A stretch of DNA of 64,000 bases from Anaeramoeba ignava BMAN (Eukaryota > Protista > Anaeramoebae): positions 1-64,000 of the forward strand of contig JAPDFW010000028.1 of the NCBI GenBank assembly GCA_028826165.1, given 5' to 3'. The position numbers and the translations under genes were made by a program. The notes beneath the pieces are model-generated. The model did no database searches. It was not told the origin of the DNA and was given only the letters and a program-made list of their open reading frames with translations. Below are positions 46,960 to 59,606 of the stretch, piece after piece. Position 1 is the stretch's first letter. Each line of letters opens with the position of its first letter.

Positions 46960-48665
46960 TCAAACATTTAAAGATTGTATCAAAGGAATAGTTTCATTTT
47001 CATCAACTGTTTCATTTTCAAAAGATTCAGTTTTAACCAAACTAATTTGGGATTGATTTTCATGATATTTTTTGCAAAACATAGAAAAAACACATCTTCT
47101 AATTTTTTGATCCAGAAAAATATAAATAAGAAAATCCCAAATTCCTTGACTAATCATAGTAGCAGCTTGTAAAATATCAAGAGAAATAGGATTTGAATTG
47201 TTTGAAAATTCTATTCCTCTTTTTATAGTTGAAGGAATATAAGAAAGTATGTATATTATTGGTACAAGTGTCATCCTTGTTTGAATTTTGATTTTTTCTT
47301 TTTCTCTTTGTTTATTTCTTGTTGAATACATTTCTGATATTGTTTTATCAAATCGATTAATTGCTACTATTATTAAAACAAAGAATACTAATACTGAAAT
47401 TAAACAAACCCATACAACTATATAAAATCCAACTTGAACTTGATATGGTTCAACATAACACCTTTTTTTTCAATATTAAAATTCATTTATAAAATTAAAA
47501 TTAAAATTAAAATTAAAATTAAAATTAAAATCAAAATTAAAATTAAAATTAAAATTAAAATTAAAATTAAAATTATAATCAATATTATAATTAAAATTAA
47601 AATCAAATCCAAAAATTAAAATTAAAATTAAAATTAAAATTAAAATTAAAATCAATATTAAAATTAAAATCAAATCCAAAAATTAAAATTAAAATTAAAA
47701 TCAATATTAAAATTAAAATTAAAATTAATATTAATATCAAAATTAAAATTAAAATTAAAATTAAAATCAAAATTAAAATTATAATTAAAATTAAAATTAA
47801 AATTAAAATCAAAATTAAAATTAATATTGAAATTAAAATCAAAAATTAAAATCAAAAATTAAAATTAAAATTCAAAATTAAAATTAAAATTAAAATTAAA
47901 ATTAAAATTAAAATTAAAATTAAAATTAAAATTAAAATTAAAATTAAAATTAAAATTAAAATCAATATTAAAATTAAAATTAAAATTAAAATTAAAATTA
48001 AAATTAAAATTAAAATTAAAATTAAAATTAAAATTAAAATTAAAATTAAAATTAATATTAAAATTAAAATTAAAATTAAAATTAAAATTAAAATTAAAAT
48101 CTAAATTATAATTAAAATTAAAATTTAAAATTAAAATTAAAATTATAATCAAAATTAAAATTAAAATTATAATTAAAATCAAAATTAAAATTAAAATTAA
48201 TATTAAAATCAATATTTAAAATTAAATGAGAAGAACAAACCAAGCAGAATCATTTCTTTTTGTATCAGTAAAAGGAATTAACAAAGCAACAAAAATAATT
48301 AAAAAAGGAATAGTTCCAAAAAGAAAATATTTCAATAACTTTTCAATATTAGAATTTGAAACTTTACTAGAAACTTTTAAATAAATAAAAACAGAAACAG
48401 CCAATTTCCAAATAGGAAGAGTTACAAAAAAAAAGGCAAGCCAAACAGCTTGAAATTTGCATAAAAAATCAATATAACTGCCACAAAAAAGGAAACCAAT
48501 TGCAAAAGCTAAATCATAATAAGCTAAAATTAATATCATTTTTAAAAATAATGTTTGTAATTCTCGAAATCGATAATAACTAATTATTATTATTAAGGAA
48601 CAAATTGTTGCTAAAATTGCTGCTAAAATTGGTGGAAGTGTTTGTGCAAGTGATTGATGAATCAT
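46960..48665 (-). CDS. 7-TM G-protein-coupled receptor of the cAMP-receptor-like/GCR1 type; exons 48241-48665 and 46960-47461
   Basis: Hydrophobic helices; FLKMILILAYYD; LCKFQA; spliced W|CYV; PIIYILSYIPSTIKR; SQGIWDFLIY. Confidence 0.85.
47480..48220. repeat. (AAAATT)n hexamer expansion inside the GPCR intron
   Basis: Direct reading. Confidence 0.93.
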
Positions 48666-48739
48666 TTTTATTTTAATTTTTATTTTAATTTTTATTTTAA
48701 AAAATTAATTAAAGATAAAGCAAAAAAAAAATGAAAAAA

Positions 48740-49635
48740 AAAAATTTTAATTTCTTTTTAATTTATTTTCAATTTCTTTTTAATTTCTTTTCAATTTTTA
48801 ATTTTAAATTCAATTCTTTTATTTGCTTTTTAAAAATAAATATTTGTTCCACTTTTTAATTTTAAATTCAATTCTTTTATTTGCTTTTCAATTTTATTTG
48901 CTTTTTAATTTATTTCTAAAAATAAATATTTGTTCCACTTTTTAATTTTTAAATTCAATTCTTTTATTTGCTTTTCAATTTTATTTTATTTTCAATTTTT
49001 ATTTCAATTCTTTTATTTGCTTTTCAATTTTAATTTCTTTTTAATTTCTTTTCAATTTTAATTTCTTTTTAATTTCTTTTCAATTTCTATTTTTAAATTC
49101 AATTCTTTTATTTGCTTTTCAATTTTAATTTCTTTTTAATTTCTTTTTAAAAAATAAATATTTGTTCCACTTTTTAATTTTAAATCCAATTCTTTTATTT
49201 GCTTTTCAATTTTAATTTCTTTTTAATTTATTTTTAATTTCTTTTTAATTTCTTTTCAATTTCTTTTCAATTTTTAAATTCAATTCTTTTATTTGCTTTT
49301 CAATTTAATTTTAATTTCTTTTTAATTTATTTTTAAAAAATAAATATTTGTTCCACTTTTTAATTTTAAATCCAATTCTTTTATTTGCTTTTCAATTTTA
49401 ATTTCTTTTTAATTTATTTTTAAAAAATAAATATTTGTTCCACTTTTTAATTTTAAATTCAATTCTTTTATTTGCTTTTCAATTTTAATTTCTTTTTAAT
49501 TTATTTTTAAATTCAATTCTTTTATTTGTTTTTCAATTTATTTTTAATTTCTTTTTAAAAATAAATATTTGTTCCACTTTTTAATTTTTAAATTCAATTC
49601 TTTTATTTGCTTTTCAATTTTAATTTCTTTTAATT
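48740..49635. repeat. Irregular T-rich tandem repeat with modules AAAAATAAATATTTGTTCCACTTTTT and CAATTCTTTTATTTGCTTTT
   Basis: GTTCCAC module at about 48846, 48932, 49164, 49350, 49437 and 49571. Confidence 0.88.
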
Positions 49636-49654
49636 TTTAAAAAAAATCAAAAAT

Positions 49655-52600
49655 CTAAATATGATCAATTCTTGAGTTCGTTTTAATTGCTGAAATCCAA
49701 CTTAACATTTCTTCTTTACTTTGTGCTACACAATAATATGTTCTTTCTTTCGTTTCAATTTCAAATCCCCATTTTTTATTTAATGATCTATTTTCTCGAA
49801 CTTTATTATAAAGAATTGGAATTTCTCCTTTAAATTTTTTTGATTTTGAATTTTCAAAATATTCCAATTTATGACATCCTAATTTAAACCATCTTTTCTT
49901 CCAATTTTTATGTCCAAAACCCTAATAAAATTAATTTTAAATTGATTTTAAATTGATTTTGATTTTAAATTGATTTTGATTTTAAATTGATTTTGATTTT
50001 AAATTGATTTTAAATTAATTTGATTAAATTGATTTTGATTTTAAATTGATTAAATTGATTTTGAGATTAAATTGATTAAATTAATTTTGATTTTAAATTG
50101 ATTTTAAATTGATTTTAAATTGATTTTAAATTGATTAAATTGATTTTGATTTTGATTTTAAATTAATTTTGATTTTAATTTGATTAAATTGATTTTGATT
50201 TTAAATTGATTAAATTGATTTTAAATTGATTAAATTGATTAAATTGATTTTGATTTTAATTTGATTAAATTGATTTTGATTTTAAATTGATTAAATTGAT
50301 TAAATTGATTAAATTGATTTTGAGATTAAATTGATTTTGATTTTAAATTGATTTTGATATTAAATTGATTTTGATATTAAATTAATTTGATTAAATTGAT
50401 TTGATTAAATTGATTTTGATTTTAATTTGATTTTAAATTGATTTTAAATTGATTTTGATTTTAAATTGATTAAATTGATTTTGATTTTAATTTGATTTTA
50501 ATTTGATTAAATTGATTTTGATTTTAAATTGATTAAATTGATTTTGATTTTAATTTGATTTTAATTTGATTAAATTGATTTTGATTTTAAATTGATTTAC
50601 TTGTTTGATTAAAAATCCTTCTTTCATAACTAATGACTTTTTTTTTGGATAAACTAATTGTAAAAAATGTATCTTGCCTGTTGTATCACCACAAACAACA
50701 TGATAACCACACCAAGATAAAGAAGGAATATAACTAAAAACATAAAAATAAAATTTAATATAAAAATTGAAAAAAAGTGGAACAAAAAAAAATTTTTTTT
50801 TTACCTATCAAATACCATACAAGCTAAACATGTTCCTTCAAGAAAATCCCATAATCGAATACTAAAATCATGAGATGAAGAAATACATAAATTATTTGTA
50901 AATTTCGAATTTTCATAAATATCAACAGCAACATCTTCTACACAATGAGTATGCCCATTTAAAATATGAATTTGTGAACCTGTTTGAACATCCCAAACTC
51001 TTAATGAAAAATCAGAAGATCCTGAAATCAAATATTTTCCATCTCGAGAAAACTTACAACAAGTAACCCAATCTGTGTGACCTTTTAAAACATGATATTC
51101 TTGAAATTCCTTGACTTTCCATAATCGAACAGTTGAGTCCCAAGAACATGAAGCAATAAATTGAGAATCTGGACTTACTGAAAGTCCTACAATAAAATTG
51201 GAATGCCCTGTCAATAACCCTACTCTTTTTTTATTTTCTAAATCCCAAACAGAAATTGCTTTATCTAATCCTCCACTCACTGCAAATTTCATATTTTTAC
51301 TTAAAGCACAACATTCACCTAATAAATAATTTTCGAAAGGTGAAAAAAAAAAATGAGAACAAAAATTGGAACTTTTTTTTTTTCCTTAAGATATTATAAT
51401 GTAATTCTCAAGAAAGAAATATCGAAAGAACAAAGGAAAAAAAGATTTTGTTTTTTGTTTTTAATTACCAGGATCTTTATGAGCATTCCAACCAACAGTT
51501 TTGTTCGGAGATTCTAAATTCCAATATCTTAATGTTCTATCATCACTTATTGATAAAATTTTCTTTGAATCAGAGCTGAAATCAAGCGACTTAACATCCA
51601 AAATATGGCCTGATAATTTTTTAAGAGGCTTTCCTGGATAGTTTAAATCCCAAACCATAATATTATATTGAGACCATGTTGTTGCAACTTTTTTTGAATC
51701 TGCGGAAATACTCACAGATTCTATCCATTGAGAACTTGGATAAACAACTTTTAAAGGAGATTGAAAAATTTGGTCATCACTTAGTGATTGAATTGTATGA
51801 ATACTAGTTAATCTAAGTGCTTCAAATGGTATTTCTGAAGAAGTATTAAGAGGATTGTTTTGATTTGATTTTTCTTCATCCTTTTGGTTTAAATCTTGTG
51901 GATTTTTGTGATTTATTTTCTCTTTTTTCACTTTTGGTTTTTGTGAAGTTTCAACCTCTAATTCTTGTGATTTTCTTTTTACTTCGCTTTCTTGATTGAT
52001 TCCAACTTGTTTTTTATTCTTTTCAATTTCTTCCAAATCTGATTCATTTTCATTTGGAATTGAAGATAAAGAATTTGTTTTTTTCACTGATTGATTTGCA
52101 GTTTCTGAATTATATCTTTCATTTCTTTGTGTTCTTCTGAGAAATTTATTTGGAGATAGCGTTGTTGGATTAATACCAATTACTCGAAGTGAGGATGTAA
52201 TTTTCATAAAAGGAATTGGTTGTTGAATCACTTTCATTGCATTATCTTCAATAACAAGTGTTGATTTCAAAGAACAAAACCAAAAGCAAGATTTCGGTTT
52301 TTTTGCTTGATTAAGAATTTGAGCAAGTTTTTCGCTCAAGTTACTATCATCAAAACGAATAATAATTTGCTGTGATAGTTGAGTTGGTGTGGAATCATAA
52401 ATCAGAGAATATGAGGCTCTTTCTAATATTTCCAGAAAATATTTCGCATCTCTTTCATGTGTTTCTGAAAGTAAATCTAAGTCTCTCTGCAAATATACAA
52501 CATCAGTCTTTTTTATTTTGTAAATAATCCAATGATAATCCAAAACTAAATTCAATAAATCCTGTTTTTTATGTGAAAGATATAAATGAATTGGCAGATA

Positions 52601-55017
52601 TTTCACTTCATAAAATGATTTGGATTCGATTTGGAGTGCAAAATTTGTCAATGCAGAATCAGATATTTTGGTATGTCCTTCAGTTTTATTAATTTGGAAA
52701 AGTCCGCTTTTTTCAGAATGAAAAAATGTTAAAAATCTTGGATGAGAAAAACTGATTTTTTCTTGATTATCGATTTTTAAAAAGAAATTGAAAATAGGAT
52801 TTTCTTCAATATTGAAAAAATCTTTTGGATAAGTTGCAAAACAATGTCCAAGCGAAAGTAATGAAATATCACTTTCAATAAGTGGTTCAAATGAGATCAT
52901 AAGTGTTTGAAGGAATGGATAAATATAAATATGATAAAACAAAAGACCATCTTTTGTTGTTTTGTAATTTTTGAAAAGAATTGATTCTTCAAAAGAGAAT
53001 CTTGACATAGAAAGTGCTTTTTTTCTCAATGATTTGTAGTAATTTTGCATTTGTTCTGTTGGAAATTCGTTTTCAGGAGAATAAATTTGAATTAAAAACC
53101 AATAAAGAAAATTTTCCAAATTATTTGGAATATTTTCTAATTGTGATATTTCTGAGATGATTCCATATTTAATACTTTTCATGATTATATCACAATAAAT
53201 AAAATCTCCTTGAGTTTTTTCAATTAATAATCGATTGAAGTTTTCAAATTGGATTATTTTGGAAAAATTAGGATTTAAAACCAATTTTGATTCTAAATAT
53301 TGAGTAATTTTGAATTGGATAAAATTTGAGAAATCTTCTTGGATTTTTTCAGAGTATTCAAGGTTATCAAGATCTAGAACAAGTATTTCTTGAGGTTTTG
53401 GTTTAAAATAAGTTTGAGCTTCTTCTGTATCATTTCTAATTGAAACAATTATTTTGAGCCAAGGAGGGAATTTGTCAATATTTTGCATAATAACTGTGTA
53501 TAAACTACAACCAAATTTAGATGTTTTAAGAGTTGTAAAAGAGAGATCAAAATCATCAATAACAATGAAAATATTTCCACCAATATCAAGAGGAGAATTG
53601 AAAAGTTTCAGATTATCAACATTATTATTTAATTGATTTTGATTTTTATTATTTTGATTTTCATTATTTTGATTTTTATTATTTTGATTTTGATTTTTGG
53701 ATTTGATTTTGATTTTTTTGATTTTCATTATTTTGATTTTTTTGATTTTGATTTTGATTATTTTCATTATTTTCATTTTGATTATTTTGATTATTTTGAT
53801 TTTGGATTTGATTTTAATTATTTTGATTATTTTGATTTTGGATTTGATTTTGATTATTTTGATTTTGGATTTGATTTTGATTATTTTTATTTTCATTATT
53901 TTCATTTTGATTTTGATTATTTTCATTTGAATTATTTTCATTATTTTCATTTTCATTATTTTGATTTTGATTATTTTCATTTTGATTTTGATTTTTATTA
54001 TTTTCATTATTTTGATTTTGATTTTGATTTTGATTTTCGTTATTTTCATTATTTTTATTATTTTGATTATTTTGAATTTCATTATTTTGATTTTGATTTT
54101 GATTTATATTTTGATTTTCATTATTTTCATCATTTTCATCATTTTCATTTTCATTTTCATTATTTTCATTATTTTCATCATTTTCATCATTTTCATCATT
54201 TTCATCATTTTCATTATTTTCATTTTCATTTTCATTTTCATTTTGATTTATATTTTGATTTATATTTTGATTTTGAATTTCATTTTGATTTTGATTTTCA
54301 TTATTTTCAATAATATCTAATTTTTCATCTAATTTTTCAATCACAATTTCTGAATCACTTTCAATTATAATTTCAGAATCTTCACTTTCAATTAAATCTT
54401 GACTTGAAAAATTATTTTGAAAATTTGATAATTCTATTAAAGGTTCAATTATTCCAAGATTAAATAATTTAATAGGATATCTTTTACAATTTTCCAGAGT
54501 AAGAATCAATGATCCTTCTTCAGTTGAAGCTAAAACATCTTTAAATTTAGGAACTTTTTCCAAAATCATTCGAACCAGAGAATGAATAAATATTCCTGGT
54601 TCAAGAGTATCAATTGATTGTTCAAATTTACAAAAATGATAAGCAATAATATTTTCTGAATTTTTGGAAATGAAATTTTCAAGAATTTTTGTTCTTCCAC
54701 TTCCTGGTTTTCCTGATAAAACTAATATTTTTTCTGTTATATTTGTGTTTGTAATCCAATTTTTCATTGAATTCATAATCCATTCTCTAGTTATTTGTTC
54801 ATTTTCTTGAAATTTTATTCTTGATTCAATTGGAAATGATATTTTTTTTGGATTTTGAATAAATTTAAATGATTTCTATTTTATTTTTTAAATCCAAATA
54901 AAATTTTAATAAAAAATTTTAATAAAAAACGATTAATTTTTTTTTTATTTGTCAATTTACCATTGAAATTCTTTTTTCTAAATGTTTAAATTGATCTTCT
55001 TCGAAATTTTCAATCAT
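49655..55017 (-). CDS. STAND/NACHT-like NTPase + helical domain + WD40 repeats + C-terminal PH domain; exons 54961-55017, 51469-54875 (frameshift in the N-rich tract), 50805-51318, 50601-50733, 49655-49921
   Basis: Walker A GKPGSGRT; IIAYHFC; Walker B FIVIDDFD; YEVKYLPIHL..LDYHWIIYK; GH..WD repeats; PH domain VMKEGFLIKQ|GFGHKNWKKRWFKL...EEMLSWISAIK. Splices are phase-compatible. Confidence 0.85.
49930..50598. repeat. Intronic simple repeat built from TTTTAAATTGA/TTAAATTGA/TTTTGA
   Basis: Fills the intron that splits the PH domain. Confidence 0.9.
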
Positions 55018-55170
55018 TTTGTAAAATTTTTTTTTTTCAAATATAAAAAATATAAAAAGGAAATAATTTAAAAAATATAATTAAAAATCGAAAAAAAAAA
55101 TGAAAAATATTTTTTCTTCATTTTTTTTTTCATTTTTTTTTTCCTCTTTTTTTTTTTTATTATTATTTTA

Positions 55171-58100
55171 ATGGAATTAAATGATTTAACAGCAGAATCT
55201 TGGCTTGATAATTTTGATGAATTAGAACGATTTGCTTCTGAAAATCATGCATCTATTCGTGAATATAATCGACTTAAAATGAAAGGGTCAAGTAATGCAG
55301 CACAAAGTTCAAAAATAAGAAAAAACGTAATTCAAAATTCAATTCAAATTTATACCAAAATTTATAATTATATTTATAACTAAATTTATAATTAAATTTA
55401 TAACTAAATTTATAATTATATTTATAATTATATTTATAACTAAATTTATAACCAAATTTATAATTATATTTATAACTAAATTTATAACTAAATTTATAAC
55501 TAAATTTATAACTAAATTTATAATTAAATTTATAACTAAATTTATAATTAAATTTATAATTATATTTATAATTAAATTTATAATTATATTTATAACTAAA
55601 TTTATAATTATATTTATAATTAAATTTATAATTATATTTATAATTAAATTTATAATTATATTTATAATTAAATATATAATTAAAGTTATAACTATATTTA
55701 TAATTATATTTATAACTAAATTTATAATTAAATTTATACTTAAAATATATAATTATATTTATAATTAAATTTATAATTAAATTTATAATTAAAATTTATA
55801 ACTATATTTATAATTATATTTATAATTAAATTTATAATTAAATTTATAATTAAATTTATAATTAAATTTATAATTAAATTAAATTTATAATTAAATTTAT
55901 AATTATATTTATAACTAAATTTATAACTAAATTTATAATTAAATTTATAATTGAATTTATAACTAAATTTATAATTATATTTATAATTAAATTTATAATT
56001 AAATTTATAATTAAATTTATAATTAAATTTATAATTAAATTTATAACTAAATTTATAATTAAATTTATAACTAAATTTATAACTAAATTTATATTTATAT
56101 TTATAATTAAATTTATAACTAAATTTATAATTATATTTATAATTATATTTATAATTAAATTTAATTTAAAATTTTAATATTTTATAATTTAAATTTATTT
56201 TATTTAAATTTTTTATAATTAAATTTATAATTAAATTTATAATTATATTTATAATTAAATTTATAATTATATTTATAATTAAATTTATAATTATATTTAT
56301 AATTAAATTTATAATTATATTTATAATTAAATTTATAATTAAATTTATAATTAAATTTATAATTAAATTTATAATTATATTTATAATTAAATTTATAATT
56401 AAATTTTATACCAAAATTTATAATTATATTTTAAATTTATAATTAAATTTATAATTATATTTATAATTAAATTTATAATTAAATTTATAACTAAATTTAT
56501 AACTAAATTTATAATTAAATTTATAATTAAATTTATAACTAAATTTATAATTAAATTTATAATTAAATTTATAATTAAATTTATAATTATATTTATAATT
56601 AAATTTATAATTAAATTAATAATTAAATTTATAATTATATTTATAATTAAATTTATAATTATATTTATAATTATATTTATAATAAAATTTATAACTAAAT
56701 TTATATTAAATTTATAACTAAATTTATAATTAAATTTATAATTATATTTATAATTAAATTTATAATTATATTTATAATTATATTTATAAGTAAATTTATA
56801 TCAAAATTTATAACAAAATTTATAATTAAATTTATAACTAAATTTATATTTAAATTTATAATTAAATTTATAATTATATTTATAACTAAATTTATAACTA
56901 AATTTATAATTATATTTATAATTAAATTTATAATTAAATTTATAATTAAATTTATATTTAAATTTATAATTAAATTTATAACTAAATTTATAATTAAATT
57001 TATACTTAAATATATAATTATATTTATAATTAAATTTATAATTATATTTATAATTAAAATTTATAATTAAAATTTATAATTAAATTTATAATTAAATTTA
57101 TAACTATATTTATAATTATATTTATAATTAAATTTATAATTAAATTTATAACAAAATTTATAACTAAATTTATAACCAAATTTATAACCAAATTAATAAC
57201 TAAATTAATAACTAAATTAATAACTAAATTTATAATTAAATTTATAATTATATTTATAATTAAATTTATAATTAAATTTATAATTATATTTATAATTAAA
57301 TTTATAATTAAATTTATAATTAAATTTATAATTAAATTTATAATTATATTTATAATTAAATTTATAATTATATTTATAATTAAATTTATAATTAAATTTA
57401 TAATTAAATTTATAATTAAATTTATAATTATATTTATAACTAAATTTATAATTAAATTTATAATTATATTTATAATTAAATTTATAACTATATTTATAAC
57501 TAAATTTATAATTAAATTTATAATTATATTTATAATAAAATTTATAATTATATTTATAATTATATTTATAATTAAATTTATAATTAAATTTATAATTAAA
57601 TTTATAATTATATTTAATTATAAATTTATAATTAAATTTATAATTAAATTTATAATTAAATTTATAATTATATTTATAATTAAATTTATAATTATATTTA
57701 TAATTAAATTTATAACTAAATTTATAACTAAATTTATAATTAAATTTATAATTAAATTTATAATTAAATTTATAACTAAATTTATAATTAAATTTATAAT
57801 TAAATTTATAACTAAATTTATAATTATATTTATAATTATATTTATAATTATATTTATAATTATATTTATAATTAAATTTATAATTATATTTATAATTAAA
57901 TATATAATTAAATTTATATTTATATTTATAATTAAATTTATAACAAAATTTATAATTAAATTTATAATTAAATTTATAACTAAATTTATAATTAAATTTA
58001 AAATTAAATTTATAATTAAATTTATAATTAAATTTATAATTATATTTATAATTAAATTTATAACAAAAATTTATAACTAAATTTATAATTAAATTTATAA

Positions 58101-59356
58101 TTAAATTTATAATTAAATTTATAATTAAATTTATAATTAAATTTATAATTAAATTTATAATTATATTTATAATTAAATTTATAACTAAATTTATAACTAA
58201 ATTTATAACCAAATTTATAATTAAATTTATAATTAAATTTATAACTAAATTTATAACTAAATTTATAATTAAATTTATAATTAAATTTATAATTAAATTT
58301 ATAATTAAATTTATATTTAAATTTATAATTAAATTTATAATTAAATTTATAATTAAATTTATAATTAAATTTATAATTAAATTTATAATTAATTTTTAAT
58401 TAAATTTATAATTAAATTTATAAATAAATTTATAATTAAATTTATAACTAAATTTATAATTAAATTTATAATTAAATTTATAATTAAATTTATAACTAAA
58501 TTTATAACTAAATTTATAATTAAATTTATAATTAAATTTATAATTAAATTTATAATTAAATTTATAATTAAATTTATAATTAAATTTATAATTAAATTTA
58601 TAATTAAATTTATAACTAAATTTATAATTATATTTATAATTAAATTTATAAATAAATTTATAATTAAATTTATATTAAAATTTATATTAAAATTTATAAT
58701 TAAAATTTATATTTAAAATTGAAATTAAAATTGAAATTAAAATTTATATCAAAATTTATATCAAAATTTATATTTAAATTTATATTTAAAATTGAAATCA
58801 AAATGGAAAATAGATAAAAATTATTAAGGAAAAATATGAATCTTTAAAAACATCATTGGAAAAAATGGCACAATCAAGAACAACTTATGGAATAATTGAA
58901 GATGAAATCCGAAGACGAAAAAACAATCTAAATAAAATGAAAATCACAATAGAAAAAATGGATCAAGAATTTTCAAAAGGAGTTCAAGAAAAACACACTC
59001 AAATAGCTTTTGGAGAAGAAACAGAACAAACAAAAAACTTGACAAATGATGAACTTTTACAGATGCAAAAAGATACAATGAACACTCAAGACCAACATTT
59101 GGATCTTCTTTCAAATACAATCAGAAAACAAAAAGAAATTGGATTAGAAATCAATGATGAACTTGATATTCAATCAAAATTATTAGATGACATGACAACT
59201 GATGTTGATAGAGTTGACCATAAATTGGAACATCAAACTGGTAGAATTGGTAAACTAATGAAAAGTACTAGAAATAGATGGATTATGATTTGTGTTTGCA
59301 TTTTGATTGCTCTTGTTATCTTTCTTGGTGTTACTAAAGGTGGAACAAAATTTTGA
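55171..59356 (+). CDS. Qc-SNARE, syntaxin-8/Syp5-like; exons 55171-55326 and 58814-59356
   Basis: N-terminal ESWLDNF..IREYN helix; EIRRRKN; SNARE motif QDQHLDLLSNTIRKQKEIGLEINDELDIQSKLLDD; C-terminal TM. Phase-0 GT-AG intron of 3487 nt. Confidence 0.88.
55350..58780. repeat. 12-bp intronic satellite (TTTATAATTAAA and variants), about 3.4 kb
   Basis: Direct reading; source of the spurious 57217-58212 ORF. Confidence 0.95.
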
Positions 59357-59606
59357 TTTAATTTTCATTTTGATTTATTTTCATTTTCATTTTCATTTTC
59401 ATTTTGATTTTGATTTTCATTTTCATTTTCCAAAAAAAAGAAAGAAATTAAAGAAAGAAAAAGAAAAAGGGAAATTTTTGAAATAAATTTTCTTGATTCA
59501 AAAAAGTGGAAAAAAAAAAAAGATTTTCCTTTTTTGTTTTTCATTTTTTTTTTTTTTCATTTTATTCATTTTTTTGCTTTTCAAAAAAAAAAGCCAATTA
59601 GAATTA

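Noticed and set aside
57217-58212. 331-aa ORF of NYKF repeats, and the similar [15 protein letters not shown] ORFs throughout the track
   Set aside because: These are stop-free readings of simple repeats in introns, intergenic DNA or alternative frames of N/Q/E tracts.
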